A stretch of 64,000 nt of DNA from a virus. The stretch's first letter is position 1. Each line of letters begins with the position of its first letter. The stretch spans positions 32,001-96,000 of the IMG/VR virus record IMGVR_UViG_3300042691_047309, one strand, 5' to 3'. The notes below the pieces were generated by a model. The model searched no databases, was not told the origin of the DNA, and worked only from the letters and a program-made list of their open reading frames with translations. Below, piece by piece: positions 10,331-20,147 of the stretch. The translations under genes were made by a program, and so were the position numbers.

Positions 10331-11290
10331 TTAGAAATCATCATCTAAGTTATCAAAGTCGATAGCTTTGTCAGATGCCTTTTGATATTCAGAAACCCTC
10401 TTCTCAAAAAAGTTAGACTTGTTTTGAAGTGATAACATTTCCATAAAATCAAATGGATTTTCCACACCGTAAACTTTTGAACAACCAAGTTCAGTTAGCC
10501 AAAAGTCAGCAACATACTCAATATATTGTTGCATAAGTTTAGAATTCATACCAATCAGTGCCACTGGCAGTGAATCTGTAATAAATTCTTTCTCAATCTC
10601 AACTGCTTCACATATAATTTGTTTAATTCTATCTTCAGTGACTTTATTTTGGACATATTTACTGTGTAGCATACAAGCAAACATACAGTGAAGTCCTTCA
10701 TCTCTTGAGATTAACTCATTTGAAAAAGTAAGACCCGGCATAAGACCTCTCTTTTTTAACCAGAAAATTGAACAAAAAGATCCAGAAAAGAAAATACCTT
10801 CAACAGCTGCAAATGCAATAAGTCTTTCAGCAAATGATTCTGATGAAATCCATTTAAGAGCCCAATCAGCCTTCTTTTTAACCGCAGGTACTGTTTGAAT
10901 AGCATTAAAAAGATAATCTCTTTCCTGTGAGTTTTTGATGTAAGTGTCAATTAAAAGAGAATAAGTTTCAGAGTGAATATTTTCAATTGCTATTTGAAAT
11001 CCATAAAAACATTTTGCTTCTGGATATTGTACTTCTTTTAAAAAGTTTTCAGCTAAATTCTCATTTACAATTCCGTCAGATGCTGCAAAGAAAGCCAAAA
11101 CATGTTTAATGTAATGTCTTTCATCATCATTTAATTTTTCATTCCAATCCGTAAGATCTTGCGCCAAGTCAATTTCTTCAGCAGTCCAGAATGAATGTTC
11201 AGCAGTTTTGTACAATTCCCAAATATCATTGTATTTCAATGGGAAAAGAACAAATCGATTAGGGTTTTCTGTTAATATGTGTTCGTTCAT
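10331..11290 (-). CDS. nrdB: Ribonucleotide reductase class Ia beta subunit
   Basis: [44 protein letters not shown]. Confidence 0.95.
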   Translation of the reverse strand: MNEHILTENPNRFVLFPLKYNDIWELYKTAEHSFWTAEEIDLAQDLTDWNEKLNDDERHYIKHVLAFFAASDGIVNENLAENFLKEVQYPEAKCFYGFQIAIENIHSETYSLLIDTYIKNSQERDYLFNAIQTVPAVKKKADWALKWISSESFAERLIAFAAVEGIFFSGSFCSIFWLKKRGLMPGLTFSNELISRDEGLHCMFACMLHSKYVQNKVTEDRIKQIICEAVEIEKEFITDSLPVALIGMNSKLMQQYIEYVADFWLTELGCSKVYGVENPFDFMEMLSLQNKSNFFEKRVSEYQKASDKAIDFDNLDDDF

Positions 11291-11383
11291 AAATTTTATT
11301 TTGATTTAGATTATATATTGAAAAAAGACACTGTTGTTTATATTAATTTTGTAAATTATGAAAAGAAAAAATATTTAAAAACG

Positions 11384-11467
11384 AAAAGGGGAAGTAGCGA
11401 ATTTCCCCTTTTCTATTAGCATAACTAATACCGGTCCTAAAGATGGGACTTTCGTCCTCCGGTTCAT
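11384..11467 (-). ncRNA. Candidate structured small RNA (three hairpins ending in a terminator)
   Basis: ACCGG..GGAC-GAAA-GTCC..CCGGT, TATTAG-ttatg-CTAATA, AAAAGGGGAA-attcgctac-TTCCCCTTTT; late motif ATAATATATA immediately upstream. Confidence 0.45.
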
Positions 11468-11477
11468 ACCTTATATA

Positions 11478-12299
11478 TTATTTTCTCATTTCGGTTGGTA
11501 GTGGTAAATCAGCTCTTAGTCCTAAAGTTATTACTGCTTGATTTCCACTAAATCCTAATATGTTATATTTTTTACCGAAATTTGTTAAATCAATTTGACC
11601 ATAGAATTTACTAACTTCTAATCTTGAAGAAAGTTTTAAACCATTAAATCCAAGAGCATCGGTTCCCAAAAATTCTTTTCTTAATTCGGAATTTTGATTT
11701 AAACCATAATCTCCACCTAATCTTCTAGTAACAAAACCACCAGATATTAATAGTCTAATTTTTTCATTTGATCTATTCAACATATTTACATCTAGTAATC
11801 TTAAAACTATATCTCCCGAAAAAGATGATATAGTTACTGGTAATTCAATAGATGATTTTTGCCAAGTCGTATTATTCACTCTATAATCAATTTGTATTCC
11901 AACTGATCTAATTAATTTTTGCCTAATTGTTCTTTTAATATAAATAGAATCTTTTTTATAAAAACTTTCTAGCCCAGCTATGAATTGAAAGTTAGATATA
12001 TTTGAAGAAGAGTTTTGAGGAAGCAATAAGTTAGTTCCAAATAATTTAGTCTCTGATAAATTATCAGTTGTTATTTGTTCATTTTGAGAATGCACAGTGA
12101 ATGTAGAAGAGCAATAAACTCTATCTACTTCAAATAAAACTCCAAGTGTTCCAACCGCTGATTGAGATTCTTTTCTTGTATCAGAAGCTGATGAAGCATA
12201 CTTTATATCAGTGTTTAAATAAACTCTTAAATCGTTTGTATCCTTTTGAGAAAGAGATATAAATGGTAGTAAAAATATAATAACTTTTAAGATTTTCAT
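11478..12299 (-). CDS. Secreted or outer-membrane hypothetical protein
   Basis: Signal peptide MKILKVIIFLLPFISLSQ; alternating beta-strand pattern. Confidence 0.6.
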   Translation of the reverse strand: MKILKVIIFLLPFISLSQKDTNDLRVYLNTDIKYASSASDTRKESQSAVGTLGVLFEVDRVYCSSTFTVHSQNEQITTDNLSETKLFGTNLLLPQNSSSNISNFQFIAGLESFYKKDSIYIKRTIRQKLIRSVGIQIDYRVNNTTWQKSSIELPVTISSFSGDIVLRLLDVNMLNRSNEKIRLLISGGFVTRRLGGDYGLNQNSELRKEFLGTDALGFNGLKLSSRLEVSKFYGQIDLTNFGKKYNILGFSGNQAVITLGLRADLPLPTEMRK

Positions 12300-12397
12300 C
12301 TTTAATTTTTATTTTTATATATCAAAAATATCATTGTCGTATTTAAACTTTCTGTTTTATTATCATAGAAACTTAGTAATTTGTAATTAAAAATAAA

Positions 12398-12709
12398 ATG
12401 GTTAAACACGAAATTAGAGTGGAATTAGAAAAGTCAAATGAGATTTTATCATTAATTGAAAAGGCTTATTTTGAAGAAGGACTCGGTGGTAAAATTTTAG
12501 GTAAAGAACACTACCTTACAATTGATAAAGAAGATGAAATCAATTGGACAATATTCAGTGGTCTTCATAATACAACTGTTAAAATATCCAACACAGATGT
12601 TATTGATGGAACTATGAGATTTGTAATAGATGAAAGTGAGGAAGAAATTAAACTTTATCCAATTTCAATTTATTGCATCAAAGAAGACGATAGATATATC
12701 TTTTATTAA
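12398..12709 (+). CDS. Hypothetical protein
   Basis: 103 aa ORF upstream of the IMPDH/GMPR gene. Confidence 0.65.
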   Translation: MVKHEIRVELEKSNEILSLIEKAYFEEGLGGKILGKEHYLTIDKEDEINWTIFSGLHNTTVKISNTDVIDGTMRFVIDESEEEIKLYPISIYCIKEDDRYIFY

Positions 12710-12724
12710 AAAATAAAAATTATT

Positions 12725-13741
12725 ATGAAACTAGATTGGAATGACATTTCTATAATACCAGAATGTTTGAGCTCAATTTCTTCAAGAAAAGAAATTAATT
12801 CAAGTTACGTCGGAAAACTACCATTATTTACCGCACCGATGGACAAAGTAGTTGATGAGACTAATGTTGATGATTTTGTAAATAATAATATTAATGTTTG
12901 CTTACCCCGTCATGTCAAATATGAAGTGGTAAAAAATGATGATTATTTCTACTCTTATGGATTGGATGAAATAATTGATCTTTTAAATAAAAAATCACAA
13001 CTCCCTAAACGAGTATTGATTGATGTAGCTAACGGTCATATGAAAAAGCTTTATGATACTGCTAAACTAATTAAAGAAACTTTTGGTAATAATATTGAAT
13101 TAATGGTCGGGAATATCGCCAATCCTGACACTTACCGAAAGTATTGTGAAATTGGCGTCGATTATATAAGAGTTGGAATTGGCGGAGGCAGCGCATGTAC
13201 TACCTCTGCCAATGTTTCCATCCATTATCCGATGGCATCATTAATAGAAGAATGTGCTTACTATAAAGGAGTATATGATAACCCAACTAAAATAGTTGCT
13301 GATGGTGGCTTTAGAAATTTCTCTGACATTATTAAAGCTCTTGCTTTAGGAGCTGACTATGTAATGTTAGGTGGTGTATTTAATAAATGTTTAGAAAGTT
13401 GTGGTGATAATTTCCTAAAAGATGCAAATGGTATTTATCATACAATTGAACCAGAAATAGCAACTTTGAATTTTAATACTGGGATTGATGTCTATAAATA
13501 TTATAGAGGTATGTCTACTAAAGAAGTTCAAAAGTCTTGGAATAAATCTGAGTTAAAAACTGGAGAAGGTATAACTAAATACAATAAGGTTGATTATACT
13601 TTAGAAGGTTGGTGTGAGAACTTTACAGATTACTTAAAATCCGCTATGTCATATACAGATAGTAGAGAACTTAAAGATTTCATAGGTCAAGTCAGATGGG
13701 AAGTTATTAGTCAAAACTCATTTAATCGATTCAACAAGTAA
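12725..13741 (+). CDS. GMP reductase / IMP dehydrogenase family (no CBS domains)
   Basis: TAPMD, IDVANGH, VGIGGGSACTT, IVADGG, YRGMST. Confidence 0.85.
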   Translation: MKLDWNDISIIPECLSSISSRKEINSSYVGKLPLFTAPMDKVVDETNVDDFVNNNINVCLPRHVKYEVVKNDDYFYSYGLDEIIDLLNKKSQLPKRVLIDVANGHMKKLYDTAKLIKETFGNNIELMVGNIANPDTYRKYCEIGVDYIRVGIGGGSACTTSANVSIHYPMASLIEECAYYKGVYDNPTKIVADGGFRNFSDIIKALALGADYVMLGGVFNKCLESCGDNFLKDANGIYHTIEPEIATLNFNTGIDVYKYYRGMSTKEVQKSWNKSELKTGEGITKYNKVDYTLEGWCENFTDYLKSAMSYTDSRELKDFIGQVRWEVISQNSFNRFNK

Positions 13742-13783
13742 GAGATCTTGACTCTTAAAAATCAAGTGGTGTTCCGTGTGAGC

Positions 13784-13813
13784 AAAAAACCCAGTCGATG
13801 ACTGGGTTTTTTT
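13784..13813. terminator. Bidirectional intrinsic terminator
   Basis: A6-CCCAGTC-gat-GACTGGG-T7 between convergent genes; near-identical to 34505-34534. Confidence 0.85.
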
Positions 13814-14609
13814 ATTTTTTTACCATAAAAAAGAAACTTGACGTTGATTGACCTTTGATTTCCTCTTCGACTTCTTTAACTTCTTCTTTACCTTGAGTAA
13901 CCAAGTCTGCTGCTTGAATTTTAACACCGCCTGGTAGAGTAAAGTCATATCGACCAACTAAATTTCCAAGTTGTTGTTTTGAATATCCCACTACATATTT
14001 AAAAAATAAATCATCTCTAAAAAGATTTTCCTGTGGAATATTCGCATAAGCTTCCATAATTACATCATACTTAACATTTGTCAAAATATGTATTCTGTGA
14101 TTTAGTTGATTAAATTGATATTTTAAAGTATATTTGTTAAAAACATTTAACATATCAGACATTGAATCTAATATTGTTTTATAAACTCCTAATTCTCCAA
14201 TAGTTGTTACATATGAAGAAAGATATGGTTGATTTGTAACCCCTAGATTAACTGATAAGTTTGGCGTATTTATACCTAATTGATATAAACTATCTCCTCT
14301 AACTTCATAAAGATATGTTACCGATTGAATCTCACAAGGAACATTAACAAAATTATATTTGGTAAATTCTTCTGCAAAAAATGCTTCTTTTCTAATTAAA
14401 AAATACATTTTTTGTACAGCAAATTGGTAACTACGATAAAACCAAGGAAGAGCTCTGGTCTCAATAATTTGTCTAATGTTTGCGTCAGGTAAAGTTTTAG
14501 GTAATGAACATGATATTGTTAATTCGTTCTGAACAAAATCAATTAATTCATCTATAGTATAACCACCTTGATATGGTATATATGTATCCCCTAATCCGTT
14601 AGTAGCCAT
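13812..14609 (-). CDS. Neck/head-completion protein, T4 gp13-like
   Basis: C-terminal KQQLGNLVGRYDFTLPGGVKIQAADLVTQGKEEV matches the gp13 pattern; late motif at 14629-14638. Confidence 0.7.
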   Translation of the reverse strand: MATNGLGDTYIPYQGGYTIDELIDFVQNELTISCSLPKTLPDANIRQIIETRALPWFYRSYQFAVQKMYFLIRKEAFFAEEFTKYNFVNVPCEIQSVTYLYEVRGDSLYQLGINTPNLSVNLGVTNQPYLSSYVTTIGELGVYKTILDSMSDMLNVFNKYTLKYQFNQLNHRIHILTNVKYDVIMEAYANIPQENLFRDDLFFKYVVGYSKQQLGNLVGRYDFTLPGGVKIQAADLVTQGKEEVKEVEEEIKGQSTSSFFFMVKK

Positions 14610-14628
14610 ATAGTATTATTATTTTTTT

Positions 14629-14638
14629 TATATATTAA
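14629..14638 (-). promoter_or_regulatory. Putative late promoter TTAATATATA
   Basis: Upstream of the neck gene, supporting a late assignment. Confidence 0.65.
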
Positions 14639-14662
14639 ATTGAGAATTTCATTAATTATGCT

Positions 14663-14670
14663 TATATTTG
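14663..14670 (+). promoter_or_regulatory. Bacteroidota -7 element TATATTTG
   Basis: 4 nt upstream of ATG at 14675. Confidence 0.6.
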
Positions 14671-14674
14671 TATT

Positions 14675-14854
14675 ATGAAAAAGGGTAAAATACACTTAGG
14701 AACTTTTACTAAATTAGACTCATTGAAAGCATCTAAGAAGGCTTCTCGTGAGATGGAATTACAAAATTCTACTGGATGGATTGCAAAACATAAAGTGCAT
14801 AAATCTGTTAAAGATTATACTCGAAAGTTAAAACACAAAAATGAAACTTTTTAA
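14675..14854 (+). CDS. Small basic protein (not in ORF track), possibly ArfA/BrfA-like
   Basis: MKKGKIHLGTFTKLDSLKASKKASREMELQNSTGWIAKHKVHKSVKDYTRKLKHKNETF, 59 aa, own promoter. Confidence 0.6.
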   Translation: MKKGKIHLGTFTKLDSLKASKKASREMELQNSTGWIAKHKVHKSVKDYTRKLKHKNETF

Positions 14855-15362
14855 AGAATTTATATCTTATTTTAATAATCCTTTTGTTAGGCCAAAAATA
14901 AAATTTTATATTGGTAAGGTTGCTGTTGGAACTCCTTATTTTTTTCCAAGAAAAACTATCAAAGATCCTGATAAACCAAAATATCTAAAATTTATTCCAA
15001 AAAAAATTGGATTTGACATTGTTTCTTTAGGTTGGAAAACAAAATGGTCTCAATTTAGATTTGAGTGGGCTCCTGTAGTTTCTTTTGTTTTCTTTAAATG
15101 GCAAATTGCTATAACCATTGTAGCTCCTGAACAAGACCATTACTGGGAAAGTTGGCTTTACTATCAGTATGAAACTGATAAAAAAAAGTCTAAATTAGAA
15201 AGAGCTATACAGTGTCAAAAAGAATATCCTCAAAATTGGAAATCAACAAGAAATGGTGTTGAAACAAAAATAAACTTCTATGACATTATTTTAAAAAAGA
15301 AATATCGTATAAAAAATATTGATGAAATAAGAGAAGATAAATTAAACTCTTTATTTAAATAA
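14841..15362 (+). CDS. Hypothetical protein with C-terminal tag
   Basis: Ends IREDKLNSLFK. Confidence 0.7.
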   Translation: MKLFKEFISYFNNPFVRPKIKFYIGKVAVGTPYFFPRKTIKDPDKPKYLKFIPKKIGFDIVSLGWKTKWSQFRFEWAPVVSFVFFKWQIAITIVAPEQDHYWESWLYYQYETDKKKSKLERAIQCQKEYPQNWKSTRNGVETKINFYDIILKKKYRIKNIDEIREDKLNSLFK

Positions 15363-15393
15363 AAAAACCTGTTCTTAATTGAACAGGTTTTTT
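15361..15393. terminator. Bidirectional intrinsic terminator
   Basis: A7-CCTGTTC-ttaatt-GAACAGG-T6. Confidence 0.75.
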
Positions 15394-15542
15394 ATCTTTA
15401 TCTTTCTTTTAAAATTCTTATGATATGATCCTGATAAGTATTCGGTATATGAAATATTTCTATCTATTTGTTCTGCTACATATTCACTATAAGCAATAGA
15501 TTCAAATAACTTCTCTTTAAGATACTCTTGATATTCTATCAT
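15375..15542 (-). CDS. Small C-tagged protein (not in ORF track)
   Basis: [55 protein letters not shown]; ATGA overlap with dnaJ stop. Confidence 0.6.
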   Translation of the reverse strand: MIEYQEYLKEKLFESIAYSEYVAEQIDRNISYTEYLSGSYHKNFKRKIKIKNLFN

Positions 15543-16618
15543 ACTGTGAAATTATTTGAGTTTTTTAGTTTTTCTAAAACGAATTTCTCTTCAAGTGAAA
15601 TGTTTTTAGGAATTTTAATTTCAATTTTCACTAATAAATCACCAAGACCTAAATTTAGATCAGGAATTCCTTTACCAGATATTCTGATTATCTTACCCGG
15701 TTCTGTTCCTGGTTCAATAGTAAGTGGTAAATCACCGTGTGGTGTTTTTACTTTTAAGTGAGATCCAATAATTGCATCTAAAACAGAAATTTGTTTTTCA
15801 ACAATCAAGTTATTATTATCTCTTTTGAAATAAAACTCCACAATTTCATCAATAACAATCTGTAAGTCACCAGGAGTTCCATCTTTAACATGATTACCAT
15901 AACCGTTAAGAGTGAAAATCATATTTTTACTAACACCTGCTGGAATATCCACATCAACAACTTGTTCTTTAATTATTGTACCTTCTCCTTTGCAATCTTT
16001 ACAAAGGTTATTAATTACTTTACCACTACCTTGGCAATCTGGACAACCAGTCTCTTGTCTAATCTGACCAAATGGAGTATTTTGAACAACTGTTCTTCGA
16101 CCTGAACCATTACACGGTAGGCAATTTCTTGAATCAGATCCACCTTTACCGCTACAACTTTGACAAGTTTCCTGTCTTTTGTATTTTAATTTTTTAGAGC
16201 ATCCCTTTAAAACTTCTTCAATAGTCAAACTAACTTTCAGTCTTAAATCACCTCCCCTTCTTTTTTGGTTTCTCCAACGTCCTCCATTTTGATTTCCAAA
16301 GTTTCCAAAGATATCTCCAAATTGAGAAAAAATATCATCCATTGAAAAGCCATGACCAAATCCGCTATTTCCAAATGGATTTCCTCCACCAAATGGATTA
16401 GAATCAGATGTACCGAATCTATCATAATTATTTCTCTTTTGAGAATCACTCAGTACATCATAAGCTTCTGCTGCCTCTTTAAACTTTGACTCAGCTTCGG
16501 GATTATCAGGATTTTTGTCAGGATGATACTGCATGGCCATCTTACGGTAAGCTTTTTTAATCTCATCTTCCGATGATTCTTTATTAACTCCTAAAATGTT
16601 GTAATAATCTTTGCTCAT
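15539..16618 (-). CDS. dnaJ: Chaperone DnaJ
   Basis: J domain with HPD, G/F region, four CxxCxGxG repeats. Confidence 0.95.
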   Translation of the reverse strand: MSKDYYNILGVNKESSEDEIKKAYRKMAMQYHPDKNPDNPEAESKFKEAAEAYDVLSDSQKRNNYDRFGTSDSNPFGGGNPFGNSGFGHGFSMDDIFSQFGDIFGNFGNQNGGRWRNQKRRGGDLRLKVSLTIEEVLKGCSKKLKYKRQETCQSCSGKGGSDSRNCLPCNGSGRRTVVQNTPFGQIRQETGCPDCQGSGKVINNLCKDCKGEGTIIKEQVVDVDIPAGVSKNMIFTLNGYGNHVKDGTPGDLQIVIDEIVEFYFKRDNNNLIVEKQISVLDAIIGSHLKVKTPHGDLPLTIEPGTEPGKIIRISGKGIPDLNLGLGDLLVKIEIKIPKNISLEEKFVLEKLKNSNNFTV

Positions 16619-16935
16619 AATTTATTAAATATTTTTTCTAATTTAATATCTCTATATATCTGTTTAGTTGTATCTGTTAGCTTTATATCAACCCATCTGT
16701 TGTATTTAATTACAAACTCTTCTCCGTAAATATTTGCTCTCATTATTGGTAACTCTTCAATTATTTCTGAAAAAATAACCTCAATGTCTTCTAATTTATA
16801 ATCATTAATTTCTGATAATCTTTTGCAAAAATAATTCATACATGGTGATGCAGTTTTTATAACATTATTTAAATAATTATCTCCTTTAAAATTTTCCGGA
16901 GCTGCCTCGGATATTTCAACGTACCAATCAATCAT
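16615..16935 (-). CDS. Hypothetical C-tagged protein
   Basis: Ends [13 protein letters not shown]. Confidence 0.7.
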   Translation of the reverse strand: MIDWYVEISEAAPENFKGDNYLNNVIKTASPCMNYFCKRLSEINDYKLEDIEVIFSEIIEELPIMRANIYGEEFVIKYNRWVDIKLTDTTKQIYRDIKLEKIFNKL

Positions 16936-17480
16936 TTTACCAAATTTTTAATTTTTAAATCTCTAATATCTTCTTTTATATCATTAGACTCTAAAACTAA
17001 TTTAACAAGTTTTCCGATATAGTTATCAACAATTATTTCTAAAGTTGTAGATGTTTTATCAATGTATTGAAACTTTTCTAAACAATTCCTAGATGAAATA
17101 AGGTAATCAATTAGATATTCTATAAACTCATCAATATTATAGTGTAATTGAAAAAGTTCTAATCTACCATCCGGAACATATCCTTTAATTGCTTTTATTT
17201 CGGGTAACGTTTGAAATATTTTAGGTGGATCAATAAAAACTTTAGCAAAAACTCTTCTAACCGATGGTAGTATTAAGTCTAATATTTCATCTTCGCTTTC
17301 ATACATAGAACCCTCAAATTCTGGCGTATCAAATAAATGATATTTTTCTTCAATAATATAATTTAAAGTCATTTCATAATACTCTAAATATTCATCTGGT
17401 ATTCCTCCAGTTAGAGCATCAATGAGAGCATTTTTATAATTTTCATCTTTATGAATGGTAAAGAAGTTAGGTTTATCCAT
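16932..17480 (-). CDS. Hypothetical C-tagged protein with a capsid (Gol-region)-like segment
   Basis: LILPSVRRVFAKVF; ends [11 protein letters not shown]. Confidence 0.6.
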   Translation of the reverse strand: MDKPNFFTIHKDENYKNALIDALTGGIPDEYLEYYEMTLNYIIEEKYHLFDTPEFEGSMYESEDEILDLILPSVRRVFAKVFIDPPKIFQTLPEIKAIKGYVPDGRLELFQLHYNIDEFIEYLIDYLISSRNCLEKFQYIDKTSTTLEIIVDNYIGKLVKLVLESNDIKEDIRDLKIKNLVK

Positions 17481-17940
17481 TTTTACCTAAAATAATTTTT
17501 GGATATCTAAACGGTCTTCCATTTAAAGTATATCCTTTACTGACAACATCAACCACTTTTGTTTCATCCATTGGAATAACACTTATTACTTCATGTAGTT
17601 CATCATCGTAAGTTTCGGTTTGAATTGTTTCGATACCTTGTGACTTTAAAAAAGTATCAAGTTTAGAAAGAATTAAAGAGGTGCCTTCTGATACTTCACC
17701 AGATGATTTAATTGCAAAACTTAAATCATTGTCCATATCTAAAATAGATTGTAAAAGTTTTACCTTAGTATTAGTAAGTAGTTCTTCTTTATCTTTAATT
17801 ACTCTTTTTTTATAGTTTTCAAAGTCCGCATAAAGAAGAAGATACTTTTTTTCTGATTCTTCAAGTTGTTGTTTTAGTGAATCTTCTAAACTAATTTCAA
17901 CATTTTCTTGTTCTAATTGTTCATTTTTATTCTCTTCCAT
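17473..17940 (-). CDS. grpE: Nucleotide exchange factor GrpE
   Basis: ADFENYKKR, YDDELHEV, KGYTLNGRPFR. Confidence 0.9.
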   Translation of the reverse strand: MEENKNEQLEQENVEISLEDSLKQQLEESEKKYLLLYADFENYKKRVIKDKEELLTNTKVKLLQSILDMDNDLSFAIKSSGEVSEGTSLILSKLDTFLKSQGIETIQTETYDDELHEVISVIPMDETKVVDVVSKGYTLNGRPFRYPKIILGKNG

Positions 17941-17944
17941 ATTC

Positions 17945-18436
17945 TTAATAGTTAAATTTTAAAAGCTTCTTTATATTATTTGAGTTATAAAACTCATAAG
18001 TTACATTTTTATCAACGATTTTATGAATTTCTAATTTTTCCAATTCATCTTTCATTTCATTTATACAAACAACTAAATCTTTTAACGAGTTTGTCCAATT
18101 CACGGTTGGTTCCCAGTAATCAGGAAACTTATCTAAGAACTTATCAACTGCTGTATCAAAAGTTTTCTTTCTAATTAGAAGTCCATCTTTTTGAGGAGAA
18201 TGAATAGATTTATTTGTTAATATTTCAACTACATAAGTGTTGAATTTGTGAATTAGATTATCTGTCTCAATGACTTTCAAGAGACCTATGATAAGAGCAT
18301 CTCTTTCAGTCAATCTTATTGGACTATTCTCTTTTAGTATTTTCTCAGCTTCTTTTTCAGAACCTAATACATAATACACATAGTTGTCCCACACGCACAT
18401 TTTTATAACTTCTTCTGGGTAAATTTCAATTAGCAT
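17945..18436 (-). CDS. Hypothetical protein
   Basis: 163 aa ORF heading the grpE-dnaJ operon. Confidence 0.65.
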   Translation of the reverse strand: MLIEIYPEEVIKMCVWDNYVYYVLGSEKEAEKILKENSPIRLTERDALIIGLLKVIETDNLIHKFNTYVVEILTNKSIHSPQKDGLLIRKKTFDTAVDKFLDKFPDYWEPTVNWTNSLKDLVVCINEMKDELEKLEIHKIVDKNVTYEFYNSNNIKKLLKFNY

Positions 18437-18519
18437 AAATTAAATTATATTTTTGATTTATAGTCAGATTGTGACATAAAGTTTTTTATTTTAGATATTG
18501 ACAATTTTATAAATATAAT

Positions 18520-18527
18520 TATATTTG
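18520..18527 (+). promoter_or_regulatory. Bacteroidota -7 element TATATTTG
   Basis: Upstream of 18547 ORF, TTG at about -33. Confidence 0.6.
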
Positions 18528-18546
18528 TAAAAAATAATAACTGAAC

Positions 18547-18735
18547 ATGGAAATTTCAGAAAAAATCGAACTTAATAAACAACTAAAATCTTACAAAGGA
18601 GATAACTCTTTTGCTCTTTCATTACAAAAACAATTAAAGACTTCTAAATACTTAGATAAAGTTGAAGTCAATGGTAAGATGGTTAAAGTATTGAGTGAAA
18701 AACAATATGAAGCCGCTAAAACAGTTTTAGATTAA
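18547..18735 (+). CDS. Small hypothetical protein
   Basis: 62 aa ORF with promoter. Confidence 0.6.
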   Translation: MEISEKIELNKQLKSYKGDNSFALSLQKQLKTSKYLDKVEVNGKMVKVLSEKQYEAAKTVLD

Positions 18736-19104
18736 TTTAAAAATTAAACTAAAAGATAATCCAAAAAGAATTCGAGCAATTAAAAAATAAATAGCTGTTA
18801 AGAAAATTGTTCCACAACCAACTGCTATAAAAAATAAACCTAAAAATATAGTAAAGTTGTGAATCAATTTAAAAAGATGCCAAGCATCAGTAAAACCAAC
18901 AAAGATGGTTGATGATCCTAAAAATTTCTCACCATTCTTAGGATTACCATCTTTCCATTTATTCATCCATGAAAATCCTGGATACCAAAATCTTTGATTT
19001 TTAAACTTTTTAAAAATAGAAGTATCATAATGAAACTGCAAAGTATCCATTATGGCTTCTGTCATTCCAGATAGGATAATTAAAAACAATCCAATTAAAA
19101 TCAC
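18727..19104 (-). CDS. Hypothetical membrane protein
   Basis: Several hydrophobic helices; FTDAWHLFK. Confidence 0.65.
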   Translation of the reverse strand: MILIGLFLIILSGMTEAIMDTLQFHYDTSIFKKFKNQRFWYPGFSWMNKWKDGNPKNGEKFLGSSTIFVGFTDAWHLFKLIHNFTIFLGLFFIAVGCGTIFLTAIYFLIARILFGLSFSLIFKLI

Positions 19105-19298
19105 TTCTTTGAATCCTTCTTATTTTTAATTAACCAGATAATGTTTGCTACCAATCCACCATAAATAGCAACAAAAGATCCAATAAGAGGATACCATTCG
19201 TCTAAATAACCATCTCTTAACCAAAATGGCCATAATACTGCAGCTGTTCCCAACAAAGCTATTGAAATCCAACTTGTAAATCCGTCAAAAAATCTCAT
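19101..19298 (-). CDS. Small two-TM membrane protein
   Basis: Two hydrophobic segments and a basic C-terminus. Confidence 0.6.
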   Translation of the reverse strand: MRFFDGFTSWISIALLGTAAVLWPFWLRDGYLDEWYPLIGSFVAIYGGLVANIIWLIKNKKDSKK

Positions 19299-19313
19299 AA
19301 TATAATTATTTTT

Positions 19314-19904
19314 TTACATTTCACCGAATCTTTTGATTCTAAAAATAGATCCGATGTTATTTAATTTAGCCTTTATCTCATTTAAGAGCAAAAGGTGTGT
19401 TCTGTTAAATTGTCTATGTTTCTCAATATCATCAACTATTCTCCAAGTTTCTTCAAAGTATTTGTTTCTGAATCTTTCATTGGCTGTAAAAGCATCTGAT
19501 ATGTTTTGTAGTCTATCTGCTAATTTGATAATAAGAGCATCATCAGACATTTCTATCATTTTATCTGACAAGTAAGCCGCTTTATCATTTTGATAAACCT
19601 TTTCTATTTCTTCTTTTGAAGAAGTTAATTCAGCAACTAATCCACCAACTCTACTTCCAAAAATCTCAGAGATTTCATGTAAGCCTACTTCTAAGTCGTC
19701 GTAACAATCTTCTGCAACATCATGTAAGATGGATGCACAAAGAATATCTTCATCTGTTGTATGTTGTTTAACAATAGCATTTACTTTTTTAACATGTGCA
19801 TCAAAATAAGGAAGTCCGATAAATCTCCTTACTTGTCCTTTATGTGCTGATTTGGCAAACTTCCAAGCCTCGGTTTCTTTTCTTGTTATTGGTCTATTTG
19901 GCAT
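19314..19904 (-). CDS. HD-domain hydrolase, SpoT/Mesh1-like small alarmone hydrolase family
   Basis: AHKGQVR, PYxxH, ILHDVAED, IKLADRLQN. Confidence 0.85.
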   Translation of the reverse strand: MPNRPITRKETEAWKFAKSAHKGQVRRFIGLPYFDAHVKKVNAIVKQHTTDEDILCASILHDVAEDCYDDLEVGLHEISEIFGSRVGGLVAELTSSKEEIEKVYQNDKAAYLSDKMIEMSDDALIIKLADRLQNISDAFTANERFRNKYFEETWRIVDDIEKHRQFNRTHLLLLNEIKAKLNNIGSIFRIKRFGEM

Positions 19905-19962
19905 ATAAACTATATATAAACTTTACAAAATTAAAGATGTATAATATAAAAAATAAATTATT

Positions 19963-20142
19963 ATGATGGATGAAGTAATGTCAGAAAGACCAAGCTACCG
20001 TTGGGATAACAAAGAGTATCTTGTAGAGGTTATGATGAAGCAATTAGGTATCACAGAAGAAGATTTAGAAAATGATCCTTCTTGGATGAAAGCTAAAGTT
20101 CGTGAAATGAATATCGAAAGAGTTTTAGAAAACGAAAATTAA
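19963..20142 (+). CDS. Small C-tagged protein (not in ORF track)
   Basis: MMDEVMSERPSYRW...AKVREMNIERVLENEN, 59 aa, followed by a terminator. Confidence 0.65.
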   Translation: MMDEVMSERPSYRWDNKEYLVEVMMKQLGITEEDLENDPSWMKAKVREMNIERVLENEN

Positions 20143-20147
20143 AAATT

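Noticed and set aside
13742-13783. Small hairpin CTTGA..TCAAG after the GMPR/IMPDH gene as an ncRNA
   Set aside because: Only a 5-bp stem with no independent support
14841-14873. MKLFKEFISYF as an N-terminal packaging tag
   Set aside because: Lacks the downstream Glu-Ser site, lies in a host-promoter unit and carries the C-terminal tag instead
17945-17990. NSNNIKKLLKFNY as a C-terminal tag
   Set aside because: Lacks the invariant Arg, so not counted
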